DNA of 64,000 nucleotides. Origin: Sarea resinae (lineage: Eukaryota). The number at the start of each line of letters is the position of its first letter. The first letter of the stretch is position 1. Both the position numbers and the translations under genes were made by a program. Positions 49,182 to 63,162 of this stretch are shown one piece after another. The stretch covers positions 62,001 through 126,000 of the forward strand of contig JAPEUD010000012.1 of assembly GCA_026026165.1 (NCBI GenBank), in the 5' to 3' direction. The notes under the pieces are model-generated. The model was not told where the DNA came from and did not search any database. It saw nothing but the letters and a program-made list of their open reading frames with translations.

Positions 49182-51977
49182 GCTGCAGGTAATGCTGGGG
49201 TAGGAGCCGAGAATTCCGAGATGGATAGCAAACGTCAAATGTGGGGAAGTCTCCTCAGTGCCGTGAAGCGTGGAGGCTAATTGTGGGGTAATTAGTGGTG
49301 GTGGTAGTGTGTGATCGTGGAGGTACCGATCATCTCGAAACGATCATCCCGATAGTGATGGGCTGATGAAAGGGCGAAAGGAAGGACGAACGGATGCGTG
49401 GAAGATCGAGAGCTGATGGATGGGTGGGTGGATGGATGGATGGATGTAGATTGATAGAGAAGATGGAGAAGCTGGGGCTGAAGAGGTCGTGGTGATTACC
49501 TTGGAGATGGAGAAAGAAGGAGAAGAAGAACTACCTACATTAGGCCATAACTTGATTTAGTACACTAGGTACCTCGATGGGGTGTGTTGTCTTGGGTGAT
49601 GATGATGATGATGATGATCACGATCATGATGGAGATGGGAGTGGAAGGAACGGAACCTCCTACGAGTACGCGGACAGCACCTAACCTTGGAAGTCACGTC
49701 TAAACAATTACGTCAATGTGGGAGGGCTGAGCGCTAACCAAATCAGGGCACCAGCTCAAACCTCCAGGGCTCGAGGCCTCCAGCTCGAGGCCTCCAGCTG
49801 GCCGACTACCTACCTTACCGTAGCAACCGAGGCCTGGACACTCGGCCACCCCCAGAACCAGCGCCCCCAAAGAGGTGTGCGGGCTCTGTTCGACGACCTA
49901 CTGCGGTAGGCCTCTGAAGGGGCGAGAATGTTTCCAATTCCGGGTTCCATCAGGGAGAAAACGGCTGCTACGACGAATACGTGTTGGTACTTCGTCGCGC
50001 AGTAAGGGCAAGGGGAGTGGATAGCGGCACGAAAATGCGGGGGTTACATAATCATGCATGTCCTGGGTCAGTCGCAACCGGGCTAGAGATGGCCATTCCC
50101 GTTCCATCAGAGCCCAGGGCTCCTCCAGCTCCTCGATAGGCTGCTCCTGGCAGGCCACGGCTAGCTAACCGTCGACCCTTCCTCCCTCCCTCTGCCATCT
50201 GGACCCTATCTGTGCCTATCTGCATCTCCACACAACTTGCATATGCTAGTAATCCATACATGTAATGTGATGATGATGATATCCGTTCGTGGACGACCGC
50301 ACGAGAACACGAAAACACCAGTCCAGAGTCCAAGACCTTCCACGTCCGAGAGCCCCTTGGTCCGGCACTTCGATTTCGGACTCGATTTCGGATTCGTGGA
50401 AGATGGAAGATCCGGATGACGACGATAATTGCGTGTCCAGACCATCATGGATGGTGCAGTAGTGAAGAGTTCATGCGTGCTTGTCAGAAAGGCTTGGAAA
50501 TGCTTGGTGAGGCTGGGGCGGTGGTCGTCATTTCGACCAGCCAGGGGAGAGACCCCTCTGGGCTGAGTTTGATGGTCGCTGTTCTAGAATACGTACTCGA
50601 CTGCCTTACCTACTTCTGGCAGTCCTCTACAGCATCGAAATTAATTGCGCTCTATTGCTGACAGAGCTGAACACCTCTGAGATCCTGTTGGCACAGTTAC
50701 CGTGCCGTCGCAAATGATATGTTCGTGAAGTTAAATGTGGTTCCAAGCAGTGGAGTAGCAGTAGTAGCAGGAAGGTAGTCTGTAAACACAGCCCGGCCGA
50801 AGCACCCCCTTGTAACCCGAGTAAACGATTGATTGGACATGCCGGGCCCCTTTCATGCCTGATCGATCTCGCCTGGTTCATGTTGCTAGAGTATTCGGCC
50901 CTGGCTGTCTCGTGGCGTAATAGCGCTGAGCGTTCCGAACCGCCTGAATGCATCAGCTTCATGTTCCTCGACGAGAGGTTCTGATAGTGAAGAAGGTACG
51001 GAGTAGGTACTCTACTTGGGCTCAGAGGGATCGTGGGTGATGCGAGGAGGTAGAGGAGGTAGAGGAGGTAGAGGAGGTACTCTGAGTAGGTACTCATCGT
51101 AGGCGGGCTTACTCCTTACTAGTGAGACCCGTGGGCGGAGGCTAAAGCATCCCAGATGGCTTCAGATGGGGGTCCATCTCGCCCACCCTCCGACTTCTCC
51201 CTGCCGCTGTTCCTCTTTCGGCCTTCCTCGGCCATAATTCACGCACTGGCTCGCGGTACGTCTTCTGCTCGCGTTTCATCCGGTACGACGACGGTCGAGA
51301 GCGTGCTGCGTCGTCGCGCAGCTGGACGGGCCTGTTCCGGTTCATCTTCGTCTCCTCAACCCTCTCCACCGGAGCGCACCCACATCCAAACTCTTCTTTG
51401 GGCATGTTCCCTCGTGCGCTGGAAATGTCCGCAAATGACAATTCAGAGTTTGTCTGTCATTCCATAATTGCGAGGATTTGCAAGGAATGGCCAGGCACGT
51501 CGACCCATGCCCCCCTCCCTGTCTAGATGTGTTCGTGCGCTACCCTGGTCTACCTCCTTGCTCTCCTTGCATTTGCCCCATGCGCATGTTCCAATGTTGT
51601 AACCTGCGGACGCTCGTTCTGGAACTGCTAGTCTCGAATATCCCGCAGCAGCTGCCGTCACAGGCTATCGTCAAGTGAAAAAGTTACATTTGTTGCTATT
51701 GACGGACTGACTGACTGCCTGACTGACTGACTGCCTGAGCGCCCCCCGTTCCCTGTCCCGTCGCCGGCTTTGGGGCCTCATCTCGTGTACTCTTCCGTAG
51801 TCGAAAGCTTCACAGACGCTGGATTCGTCCCGTTCGATACTCGTACTTCCCCCATCTTCCTTCACTACTCCCGTCGTACCAACGGTCTCCATCCACGGAC
51901 CTATCGTCGTCAACCTATCACCCCATCCTTTCTTCCTATCCTTCCCTTCCTCCCTTGACTATCATCCTCAGTTATTA

Positions 51978-54292
51978 ATGCCTCCGAAACTAACTCTACC
52001 CAACCTCGCTCGACCGTTGTCGTCCATCCCACGCTCGCGGCCCTTCATAAGAACCATGAGCGCGCCCTCCATGAGCCATCAAAATTCATCCATTTCTTCC
52101 TCCTCGTCTTCATCGACTACTCCTTCGACCTCTTCAACTCTGTCGCCCTCGTCCTCAACCACCTCTATATCATCAAAGTTGAAGACAGCATCAATGGCTA
52201 CCATGACGTTACAGCCTCAGCCTACGATCCGCCCTCCATCGGCCGGCAATTCTGGCCGATCGTCGCCGGTGTCGTCAATCTCGTGAGTCCGCCATGTCGT
52301 CGATGCTGCTCTTTCTCTAATATCTCATCAGGAACGGTAACCTCGACACGAGCTACTCGGCAGAGTCTCGCAAATACCTAGGAACGTATGGCCTCACCCC
52401 GCCGACAGTAGAGAGCTTTGATCTGCAAGAGAAGAGATGTAAGCTTACTGCCTGCCATTACGAGGAACTGGATCTAATTTGATACAGGTCTTCACCAACT
52501 AGCTCTTAAGACCAGCCCGATAGAAAAATACCAATACCTCAGCAACCTCCGAAGCACGAATGTCCACCTTTTCTACCGGATAGCAATGGATCACATGAAG
52601 GAGCTCACTCCTCTGATCTACACGCCTGTTGTGGGTGAGGCTTGTCTGCGATGGTCGGAAATTTACCAGCAGCCGGAAGGTTAGTTCTTCCCGATTCCGT
52701 AGTGAAGGACTGCGTCTAACGTAGCCAGGTCTCTACCTCTCCTACGAGGACAAGGGAAACATTCCTTCGATCCTTCAAAATTGGCCTCAACAACATGTCG
52801 AAATCACTGTCGTCACCGATGGCTCACGTATTCTGGGGCTGGGTGATCTTGGCATTAACGGAATGGGTATCCCGGTCGGCAAGCTCGCTCTCTACACTGC
52901 CTGCGCAGGCATTCGACCAGACGCAACCCTTCCTCTCACTCTAGATCTCGGAACGAACAACGTTGCCTTGAGAGAAGACCCGTTCTATATGGGAAGCAGG
53001 AGACCAAAGGTGACGGCCGAGGAGGAGCGTGAGTTCTTGGACGAGCTCATGAGTGCGCTGACCGAGAAGTTCCCCGGGTATATTATGTTCCGTTCATTTA
53101 CCTACATGTGCACTAGACTAACATGATATAGTATCGTGATCCAATTCGAGGACTTTAAGAATCCCTTCCCGGCACTTGAGCGATATCAAAATACATACAC
53201 GTGCTTTAATGATGACATTCAAGGGACTGGCGCTGTCGTGCTTGCTGGTGTCATCAACGCGGTCAAGCGAACCGGCATCCCTGTCAAGGATCAGAGGGCT
53301 GTCTTCATGGGCGCTGGCAGTGCCGGTGTTGGTGTCGCCAAGCAAATCGTCGAGTTCTTCGTCAAGGAAGGCCTGACGGAAGACGAGGCGAGGAGATGTT
53401 TCTGGCTTGTCGATACCAAGGGTCTCGTCACAAATGACCGGGGTGATAAACTCGCTGACCACAAGACTTACTTCTCACGAGACGACAACAACGGAGAACA
53501 ATTCAAAACGCTCCCTGAAGTTATCGAATATGTCAAACCCACCATCCTCATGGGTCTGTCAACAATGGGCGGAATCTTCGACAAGAACATCCTAACTCGC
53601 ATGGGAGAGATGAATGAGCATCCCATCATTTTCCCTCTGTCGAACCCGTCCGACAATTCGGAATGCACATTTGAGGATGCGATGAAGTACACGAACGGCC
53701 GTGCCATCTTCGCCAGCGGTAGCCCCTTCCCGTCATTGATGTGGGATGGGAAGCTAGTGTCTCCGGGCCAAGGTATGCTCTCTCATGCAATCATCCTGTG
53801 CACAGTCTAATGGTTCCAGGTAACAATATGTATGTCTTTCCGGGTATTGGACTTGGCTCTATCTTATGCAAAGCTGTCACTATAACTCAAGAAATGGTGA
53901 GCCTATCTATCGTCAGCAATCGAACGATCAACTAATTTGTTTAGATCTACTCCTCTGCTGCCTCACTTAGCACTGCTCTCTCGCCGGAAGAAGTCTCGGC
54001 TGGTTCCCTCTACCCAGACATCTCACGCATCCGGGAAGTCAGTGTCATCGTTGCTCGCGGGGTCATCCGTGCAGCTCAACGAGGTGGCGTCGATCGGGAA
54101 ATCGCTGCCCGCAATCTTGATGATGCCTCATTGGATGAGTGGATTATTGAGCGCATGTACGACCCTAGACGCGAACGCGACGCGGTTGAGAAGGAGGTCA
54201 TGGATCTTGTGGCTACTGCTTCTCGGCCAGAATCGCCAGCGGCTGAGTCTGCTCCTGCTGTCGAGATGGCCGCGAGTGCCAGCAAGCTTTGA
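51978..54292 (+). CDS. Malic enzyme (malate dehydrogenase, decarboxylating), multi-exon
   Basis: PLIYTPVVGEAC, VVTDGSRILGLGDLGINGMGIPVGKL, LDLGTNN, IQFEDF, FNDDIQGTG, GAGSAGVG, IIFPLSNP, ASGSPF, QGNNMYVFPGIGLG; ends ...AASASKL*. Confidence 0.95.
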
Positions 54293-57200
54293 TCTGTGTG
54301 TTCCCCTATCATAGAGGCATGCTTCTAGCTTGCTAGCTAGAGACTCTTCGACTTTTGTCTTGCTGTCTTGCTTCGGGCTCTATTGCTCGGGCTTGCATCA
54401 ACCGGTTCTCCATCAGCGGCTTCAGCGGGCGTCCTTTTTTTACCGAAACTGGGAAGGTATAGGTTGGTTTGCTGCATTAACATCAAGGTTATGGGCTGTG
54501 GATATTTCATTTAATTAAATTGATACCTAGATTAGCTGGCACTTAGATGCAAGCTAGAACGAATTACTATTCAGTACCCTCAAGTGCTTTGATTTACCAC
54601 CTTTGAGAGGATCTCACCGTGATTATACAAAGAAAGTCTAGCAATGGTCGAGAACCGGTCATGGCCCAGAAATGCTTTTCTTTGCGCACTCACCCTGAAC
54701 TCTTAAGATTGCAAGGTTATTCCATAGAGACAACCTCTCCTATTAACCCTATTGCTTGGAGATGGATCAAATCGATCGATCATTACCCGGGTCCGTACAA
54801 ATGACCATCGGAGACACAGCGACACGATGACAGTACTGCGATCGAAGACTATACGAGATCGAGGCTTGAAGATGCCAAGCTTGGAAGTGTTCTGGACAAC
54901 TCCTCCCATGCTTTTCCCCGTACCGGGCACGAAGTCAATACTTGATTCAAGGTCTTCGTTCGATCAATGTCGACCACGGGTCTGATTGATCGACAGCTGC
55001 CAGACTCGCCATCCACATTGCACATCCTAAGTAATGGAGACCGGGCACATTGCTGGCGGAGCTCTCACTTCATCTTTGGTGCACAGACAGTACCACATCA
55101 TTGCCAGACCACAGTATCACCGTTGGCGTCTCAAAAAGGATGTGAGCTGAAACTCCAGAATACAAGATTGACACAGGCACGACAGACCTGTCTTCCCATC
55201 TGAGAGTCATCCTTCTCTGTGTTTTCGCATACGCCAAACCATCTACAGCGTTTCCCTTCAAAATTCCCTCTTCCTGTCCTCTTCTGTTACATCCGTGTTA
55301 CTCATGGCCGTACACGATCAGATACGTAGATCTCCAGCGAACATGGCGTGCTCCATCCGCCTCTAACGTCGTCAGGATTCTTGTCACTTTTGGTTGCACT
55401 GGCTGCAAAGGGTAGCATCTCCGCTTTGCTTTCTAGAGCGTGCTTCAAAGTTGATTTGTTTGGCTTCGATGTCCGGAAACGAGCGTCGTCTTGCGGACTG
55501 TGCGCTGATCATGAACCGAAATAGGGGTGAATGTAACTTGTGGGGGGATCGAAAATGGGACCACAAGGACGTGGATTTTATTCCCTCGGTTGCTGAAGCC
55601 ATTTACGGCAACCTTCAGCCTATATTTTCGTGAGCAGAGATAATTACCATCTCGTTGATCTGAACGAGCTGATAGACGTGGACCTGAAATAATTCGATCA
55701 ACGCGCAGCTTTGCTCTATATTATACGAGAACTTTTCGGCCGTGTTCATGATGCCAACGCTTCCAGACAAGTTCCTGCCTACTGTGAAGGTGAGAAGATC
55801 GCCAAGAAGCCAAGCGGGTTAGACGCGTCGGCAGCGGCCCGGTCGACCATTTTGTTGATACTCGGTAAATCAGATCAGATCGACGTCGGCCTTGGATTGT
55901 CCACTAACGTTTGAATTAGATTACATGTAATGCAGGGCTCCCAGTCCTCGTACGGTTACGAAGGCGCAGATATGTGACGCATCAATTCCCATATCCTCAA
56001 GTCAGTCTCCTCTATTGAGCCTAGGCCGGGAAGCGACAGCATCTACGATCTCTGGCCTGCATCATGTAACCACACCGTTATCTTTTCTCGTCCGATGCGT
56101 CACACGGAGTTTATCTTAGCATTGGGAATTGGATGGCAGATATGCATTCTCTCACACATCAGCTGTGGCGGCTCCTCATTACACAGGCAGCAATGGCCAT
56201 CCGGCGCAATCACCCGGCGTCCGCTTTCGCACTTGGGCAGTCTCAACCCTCCCAATGCAGTCCGGAAAGAGATGTGATGCTTCTTGGGACACTCCGAGGA
56301 AGAAAACAGACATTGGACGATGCAACTGCTGCAATGAGCCACTTTTGTCTCGACTGGGAGAGACTTTGTTCCTTGTCGGGACGATTGAACGTTCTTCGAT
56401 TCTCGTCGGAGAACTGCTCTCATCTGAATGGCCGTGCCATCTGAACTTAGTCTAAGCCCTTCGCCATGACGATGACATGTCAACGTGGCTTCGGGGTCCA
56501 GGACAGATTCGCTCTTTGACTTTTTATCCTGCGAGTTTGAACGGCGATAGATCAAACTTTGGGTGGGAGACTTGAAGACCATTTCTGCGATGTCTTGTCT
56601 GCATGATATCCGGCCTCGACGCATCAATGAATTTGGAAAGCCTTTTGTTTTGCTCACAATCTATGTCTCTGTCCGTAATTTGGCGGCGGCCAGCCTGCTA
56701 AGAGAGCTCTCGCAATTTCCAACACCCAAGGCGATTGGAGTACCTGACGTTGTAGAACATCGGTAGCGGGCTGCGACTCTTGGGACGGGTCGCGTGTAAC
56801 CATCAACGACCAGGATCCCTATCTTATTTCTTATCACGAAATTCCCGTGATTTGTTACACTACATGAGTGGGGATCTTTTTCCGTTCGGCTTCTCTATCT
56901 TTCATCTCTGTTGTTCTGAATATATTTCGTTACTGGCTGTTGGCTTTCACCTTCTGTCGGCGTCCTATGGATACCCCTGTCGGGGGCTTTGCAGCGTTTG
57001 CCAGACCCTTCACCGGAAGCTCGCCGTCAAACAGTCAAGATGTCAATGGTTTCTGATGCACGGGAACTGATGAATGGCTCTCGGGCATTCTGCCCCTTTC
57101 ATCATACCCTTTGGCCCCAGCTGAGGCGTAGCAGCGTACGGGCCATCCTCGAAAAAGAGCGAGCCTACGTTTCATCCGTGTACGTGCGCCGTATCTAGCT

Positions 57201-57424
57201 CCGGGTTCTTGCAACGAGAGGGACTTTTGTTGAAGTTTCGTGCTTCGGTCGAGAATGGAATTGCCTTGCGAGTCAAATATAAACCATAGCAATGGCCGCC
57301 CCACATCTTTTCATCTGTGGTTGAGAGGCTCGACGATCGTTACTAACTTCTAGGTTCCTTCCTTCATTCTCTGTCTGCCGCCGTTTACTTGAGCATATAT
57401 TCTTACCTTCCTTGCCCGGTCAAG

Positions 57425-59075
57425 ATGCATCTTTCGATCTTGCTTCCGCTCGCGGCCTTTCTCTCTGCCACTCTTGCAGAGCCAATTCCAGGTGTTTGAT
57501 CTCTCTCCTAACAATTTATTTCTGATTTGTCGAGCAATGATCTGACTCCTTAGTCCGTCGTCACATCGTTCGTCCCCGCTGTGACAATGACACGGAAAAT
57601 GGCTACGGTCCTTATTATCAAGAGTCCCACCACCATCCGCACCCGCACCCGCACCCCACTGGCCCAGCCTCTCTGGCCCCTCTATCTTCAGGATCCAGTT
57701 CCGCCGGTGCCGTAGGATTCAGCCCCAGCCCTTCTGCTAATGCCACCGGCAAGATTATATACAGCACTGGCGGCATCTACAGTACCGGTGCCATGTACAG
57801 TACCGGCGGCATCTATGGCTCGGGATATTTCAATGGCACGAGTGGGTCCGCTGGACCGTCTGTTGGTCCAGTGGGCTTCTCCACCGGCCCCGGCATGGTC
57901 ATCCCCACCGGCTCTCCCGTGGGAACGGGAAAATATCCTTCCTACGGGACCGGATACTACTATCCTACCGATAAGGGTACGGGCAGCATTCCTTTTGCCA
58001 CGGGGAAAATGTCGACCGGCACTGAAACCCCGAGTGCAAGTGCAGTGCTTGCATCCACTGGTTCAGGCAAACCATCCGGCGCTGGCGTGAATTATACCTA
58101 TCATCCCTCTGGCACGGGCCCGAAGTATACCTATAAGCCCTCTGGTACGAGCAAGCCTCTCCCTTCCGGCTTCCAACCAGGGGGTCCCATCAAGAATATC
58201 ACCTCCCACGTTCCCTACCCCACCGGCTCAGGGGTCGCCATCTCGGGCTACAATCCAGGCGGTCCGATCATGAATATCACGACAACTGTTCACAAGGTCT
58301 CGACTGTCCATATCTCTCCCACGCCTGCCAGTGGCCTGCCTTCTGGGGCCAAGAATATTTCTTCTTCTCCATCCGCAGGCGGTGTCGCCGCCATCGGCTC
58401 CGGTCTGGGATACTACCCCATTCCCAGCTCGAGCAAGCCCTACTCCGGCTCCCTCTTGTCGTCTAGTCCGGTCCTAGCATCACCAGTCTCGGGCTCGGGC
58501 TCTAGCTCTTATCCCACAGCATCTGGAGCCATCTCTACCAGTCCGACGACGTCGTCGGACAAGGACAAGACCACCCCTTACACAGGTCAGAAGACGGCTT
58601 CTTCGCCCATGGCATCAGCGACGGGATCTGGGTCTTCCCCAATACCGTCGTCGGCTGGAGCTGTGGGGATCTCTTCGTCTGAGGAAAGCAGTAGCTCCAG
58701 TACGCCAACGGTCACGAGTACGGGAGGAATCAAGATAACCATCTCGACTGTCCATCCGGTGCCGACGGAGTATTATTATCATCATCGGAGACCCAAGGTA
58801 CGTCCTTTGTTCTCTACCTCTTCCTGCTCTTTGCTGCCTTTTCCTGTTGTCCCTTCTCCCATTCTCTCATCCTCTCGCGATCTTCTCATTCGACCTCCCC
58901 CATCGCCTCTCACCTCGAAGTACCCAACAAAGCTAAGACGACATGAACACAGCACCACGGCCACCACGAACCGGACTACGGCTACGGGGAGAGCAGTGAT
59001 GACTACGGCTATGGCTCCGAACCGACCGAAGACGAGGGCGGATACGGTTATGGTGGATACGGGTATTTCAAATAA
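57425..59075 (+). CDS. Secreted Ser/Thr/Gly/Pro-rich glycoprotein with His-rich and Gly-Tyr-rich termini; exons about 57425-57491, 57554-58797, 58953-59075
   Basis: Signal peptide MHLSILLPLAAFLSATLA; in-frame introns (GTGTTT..CTGAC..TAG; GTACGT..CTAAG..CAG); last exon HHGHHEPDYGYGESSDDYGYGSEPTEDEGGYGYGGYGYFK*. Confidence 0.75.
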
Positions 59076-59269
59076 GAGAGCCGGCTGACGTGACATTACA
59101 TCATATCACGTTGCGTCGCGGCGCGGTAATATATCGCGTTGTGATTTCACGGAATGAGTGGGTGAGTTTCTGGCGGTTGTGATAGAGGACATGGGAGGGC
59201 TGGGCGACTGGACGTGCTGAGACGTGGAACGGATGTTGCATTGCAGACGACCGGAACGCGATGGCTGGT

Positions 59270-59271
59270 GA

Positions 59272-59308
<37 letters not shown>

Positions 59309-61500
59309 TACGCATGACATGTGAGATGCCATTATGCCGTGATGCGAGATGCGAGATCGATCGACCCGAGGCATACTTGACCTTACAGACAGGCACCCAC
59401 GTTCTTTTCTTCATTCCTTCTTTTTGACGTCACTGAGGAAACAACCTCTAGGATGACTTCTCACGTCCCGTCCCCTCTCACCTTGTCCTATTTCATCTCA
59501 TCTCACCTAGGTATCTCTCACTACATTCATTCTATCCCCTCTATCTTCGCCTCTGATCTGTCGATCTACTCTTACATTCTCTTCTTCTCTTCTTTTCTCT
59601 TCTCTTCCCCTCTTTCAGTTTTCTTTTTCCATACTTATTTTCTCTTCTTTCTCTTCTCTTCTCTTCTCTTCTCTACTTCTTTTCCCGGAGCCGAGCTCAG
59701 GGCCCACCCATAAGCTGGCTAGCCCAGAAGCAGCAGCCCTAGACGTACTGCCTCATCTTCCCCGCCTTCAGCGGCCGGGCCTACCTGCCTAGCCTTTATT
59801 TGTCCGCCTAGCTCGCCTTTGTCTTGCCGCCTGGCCTTTGGACTTCTTTTTTCTTCTTCTTTTTCTTCTGAAAATCCAACAAATCCAACATCTTTCTCTC
59901 TCTCCGTTTTGACTGTTTGGACTGTCTGGACTGTGCTCTGAGTGATATGATATGATATGACATAAACATGACAACCGACAACCGACAACTTCTGTGTCGG
60001 TAGATATTGAACAGAGTAAGTGAGAGAGGGAGTGAGGGAGTCAATGAATAAATAAGTGAGAGAGTGAGTGAGTAATCAAGTAAATGCCTGACTAAGTAAG
60101 GTGAGGTGAGGTGAGGTGAGGTAAAGGCACCCTGAACATAGACATAGGACATGACATGGCACGAAAATAGGCCAGTCGTCGTCACCGCTGCTGCTACTAC
60201 TGCTACTGCCATTCCTGTTCCTGTTCCTCTCCTTGTTCCTCTCCTTGTTCCTAATGCCAGTTTTCTAAGCGATTCTGATATCTATTAATCTATTAATCTA
60301 TAAATCTATCTATCTACAGAGTCAACCATACTATCCAGATCACGGAATACTAGCGCTATTAAATAGAGAATATTAAATAGAAGAATATTAGCTAAGGTTA
60401 GCTTAGCTAGGATAGAATAGTATACCTAGTATAGTAAACCTAGTATAGGATAGGATAGTATAGAACAGAGTAGAACAGAACAGAGTTAGAGACCAACTAT
60501 AGGTATAGCGTTAGAGATGTAGGATAGAACAGAGTAAAGCAGAGTAGAGTAGAATAGAACAGAACAGAGCTAGGAGATAGTAGGAGATAGTAGGATAGTA
60601 AGATGGTAATAGTGTTAGACACGGACAGACGGTGGGTACAGCGTTAGCTGTAACGTTTGCGCTATTAAGTTTGCTGTAAAGTTTGCTGTAAAGTTAGCTA
60701 GCTGTCAAGGGACCTAGATTCCTAGATTCCTAAGTCTAGGGTTTCTAGATCGGCTTCTAGATAGATAGGTAGAGATTGAGATCTAGATGTAGATTTTAGA
60801 TGTTAGTTATATAGAGGGCGTTTAGAGGTAGAGTCGGATTTAGGTATATAGGGGATAGAGATTAGAGGCTTAGTTAGACATTTGGATACGTTTCGAGTCT
60901 TGATGTAGATGGTGATGTATAGACGGAGATAGGGATGGATAGGTAGATGTAGAGTTGAAGATGTGGGTGGAGATAGATATAGCGACAAAGATGCAGGCAG
61001 AGATAGACACAGATAGACACAGCTACAGCTATAGATACAGACACAGACATAGACACAGACAGAGATAGACACAGAACACAGAGAAGTCAGTAGAGAAGAA
61101 GGTAGGTCGGTTAACAATTAGCAGACCCTAATCGGATCCTACAATAAGTGAAGCAATGAATGAATGAATAAAGGGAGGAAAGGAAAGAGATCTAGAAAGG
61201 GCATTTGGATAAATCAGGCAGATAGGCGAGGTGATAAGCTAGAGATAGATAGACGTGGATAGGATAGATATAGATGTGGAAAAGACAAAGGAGAAAGAGG
61301 TGGCTCATGATATAGGCAGAGAGGTGGGCCCGTGATATAGGCATAAGGGTGGGTGGGTGAGTGAGTGGGTGAGTAAGTGACTGAGTAGATAGGAGAGTAG
61401 ATAGGAGAGTAGATAGGAGAGTAGATAGGAGAGTAGGGAAGGGGGAGCGGAAAACGGGAGGGAAACGAGGGATGGAAAACGAGGAATGGAAAATGGGAGA
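59270..61500. repeat. Extended low-complexity/microsatellite region incl. (GGCA)n, CT-rich tracts, (GTGAG)n, TpA-rich degenerate repeats at 60280-60850 and (AGTAGATAGGAG)4
   Basis: Direct reading; between the convergent secreted-protein and flotillin genes. Confidence 0.85.
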
Positions 61501-61561
61501 AGAAACAGGGGGAGAGATGGGGGAGAGAACGGTGGCAAGGGCGACAAGACAGCACAACAAC

Positions 61562-63162
61562 CTATGTCTCGCCAGCCTTGACCCCATTGACCGTATGGCC
61601 CTTGCCGACGCCCACCTCGGGCCCATCCTGCTGCTGCTGCTGCATCTGTGTCTGAGGAGGCATCCGGGCCAGCCATCCCGGCGGCTGAATACCAGTCTGC
61701 TCATTGATCGTCTCCAGCAACGGCGGCAGGCCCCGCATCAAGCCGCGAATCGGCGCCATGGGATCAGCCTCGCCGCCCTCGCCACTACCACTCCCACTCC
61801 CAGTATTCCACACGCTAATCTTCGGCTGCAGGCCCCTGAGCGCCTCGGCGTTAGCCTTGGCCAGCTCGCCGTACGTGCCCTTGCCCAGATGCAAGTACTG
61901 CAGCAGGCCCTGCGGCCCACCGAGCACGTCGGCAAGCGCGGCGTAGGCGTCGGCCATCTCGCGCAGCCCGGCGGCCTCTTTCTCCTTGGCGAAAAAAGCG
62001 GCCTCGGCGTCCTTGGTGAGCTGGTAGAAGCGGGCCTCGGCAGCGGCGCGCGACGCGTAGGCGGCCGAGTCGGCCTCCTTGAGCGAGGCGTACGAGGCGG
62101 CGTCGGCGGCCTGGGCGCGGCTCTCGCGCTCGATGATGGACCGCGTGACATCCGTGGCCCGGAGCCGCTCGAGCTCCATCTGGGCCCGCTTGAGCTCGAC
62201 GTCGCGGTGCAGCTCGACGTCGCGCTGCTCGGCCTGGCGCCGCGCCGCGATCTTGCCCAGGTCGATCTCCATGTCCAGCTGCGTCTGCGTCTGCACCAGC
62301 TGCGCGTCCGCCGTGGCCTTCTCCGACTTGCGCTGCGTCTCCAGCACCGCCGTCTCGGCGTCGATCTTCGACAGCTCTTGCTTGGTGCGCCCTTGCTTGG
62401 CCGATTCGCCGATCGCGCCCCGCATCCGCGCTTCCGCCACGTCGATCTTGGCTTGGTTCGAGGCCCCTTCGTGCGCTTTGCGGCTGAGGAAGGCAAAGTA
62501 TTCGCTGCCTGGCGTATCTTGGAGTTCTTTGACGTTGGCGTTGTAGCTGTTGAGTTCTTGCATTAGAGGGACTACATGGTAGAGGAAAGGCGTCGAGGAA
62601 GATGTGGATGAGATGGGAAGAAACATACATTCTCAGGCCAAACTGCTCGAGTTCGCTCTGCACATTGGTCAGGATCTTCTGCTTGAAGACCTGGCGTTCC
62701 TTGAACACCTCCTCCATGCTCATGCCGGAGACCAACACACGCGTCTCGCCCTCGATGATCCCCTTCACGATATCCTGGACATGGTGGCGGCCGGAGTTGG
62801 TCGTCGACGGTATCGTGGATGACGAGGAATGATGACTGTCCTGTTGGTCGCCGGCGAGCAACTTGGCGTACTTGGCCAGCGCGGGCAGGTGGTCGTCAGG
62901 CCCGATGGTGAAGACAGCCGGGAGCGAGAACTGCAGTTTCTCGATCGTCATGGCTTGCAGGGAGAGGGAAAAGTCAAACGGCGAGATTGAGATCCGCGCG
63001 ACCTGAGTTATCACGGCGTTAGCGGGGCATGTGGGATTTGTGGTGGGGCATGACAACCTTTTGCCATGGCCAGACAAAGGCCTTCTTGACGATCTTGACA
63101 TCGCTGATGCCGGCGCCCGTGACGACGAGATACTCGTTGCTGGCGGCAATAAAGTACCACAT
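61562..63162 (-). CDS. floA: Flotillin (SPFH/band-7 family), 3 exons
   Basis: MWYFIAASNEYLVVTGAGISDVKIVKKAFVWPWQ, SLQAMTIEKLQFSLPAVFTIGP, VKGIIEGETRVLVSGMSMEE, QFGL, YNANVKELQDTPGSEYF, AxA/EA coiled repeats, GLQPKISVWNTG, LPPLLETINEQTGI. Confidence 0.92.

Noticed and set aside
54600..57300. Short ORFs between malic enzyme and the secreted protein, including the 185-aa Cys-rich ORF 56100-56657
   Set aside because: No domain signature or coherent splice model; a decayed or orphan gene is not excluded.
61472..62566. 364-aa ORF antisense to flotillin (and similar shadows over the P450 and JmjC ends)
   Set aside because: Expected by-product of extreme GC3 on the coding strand.
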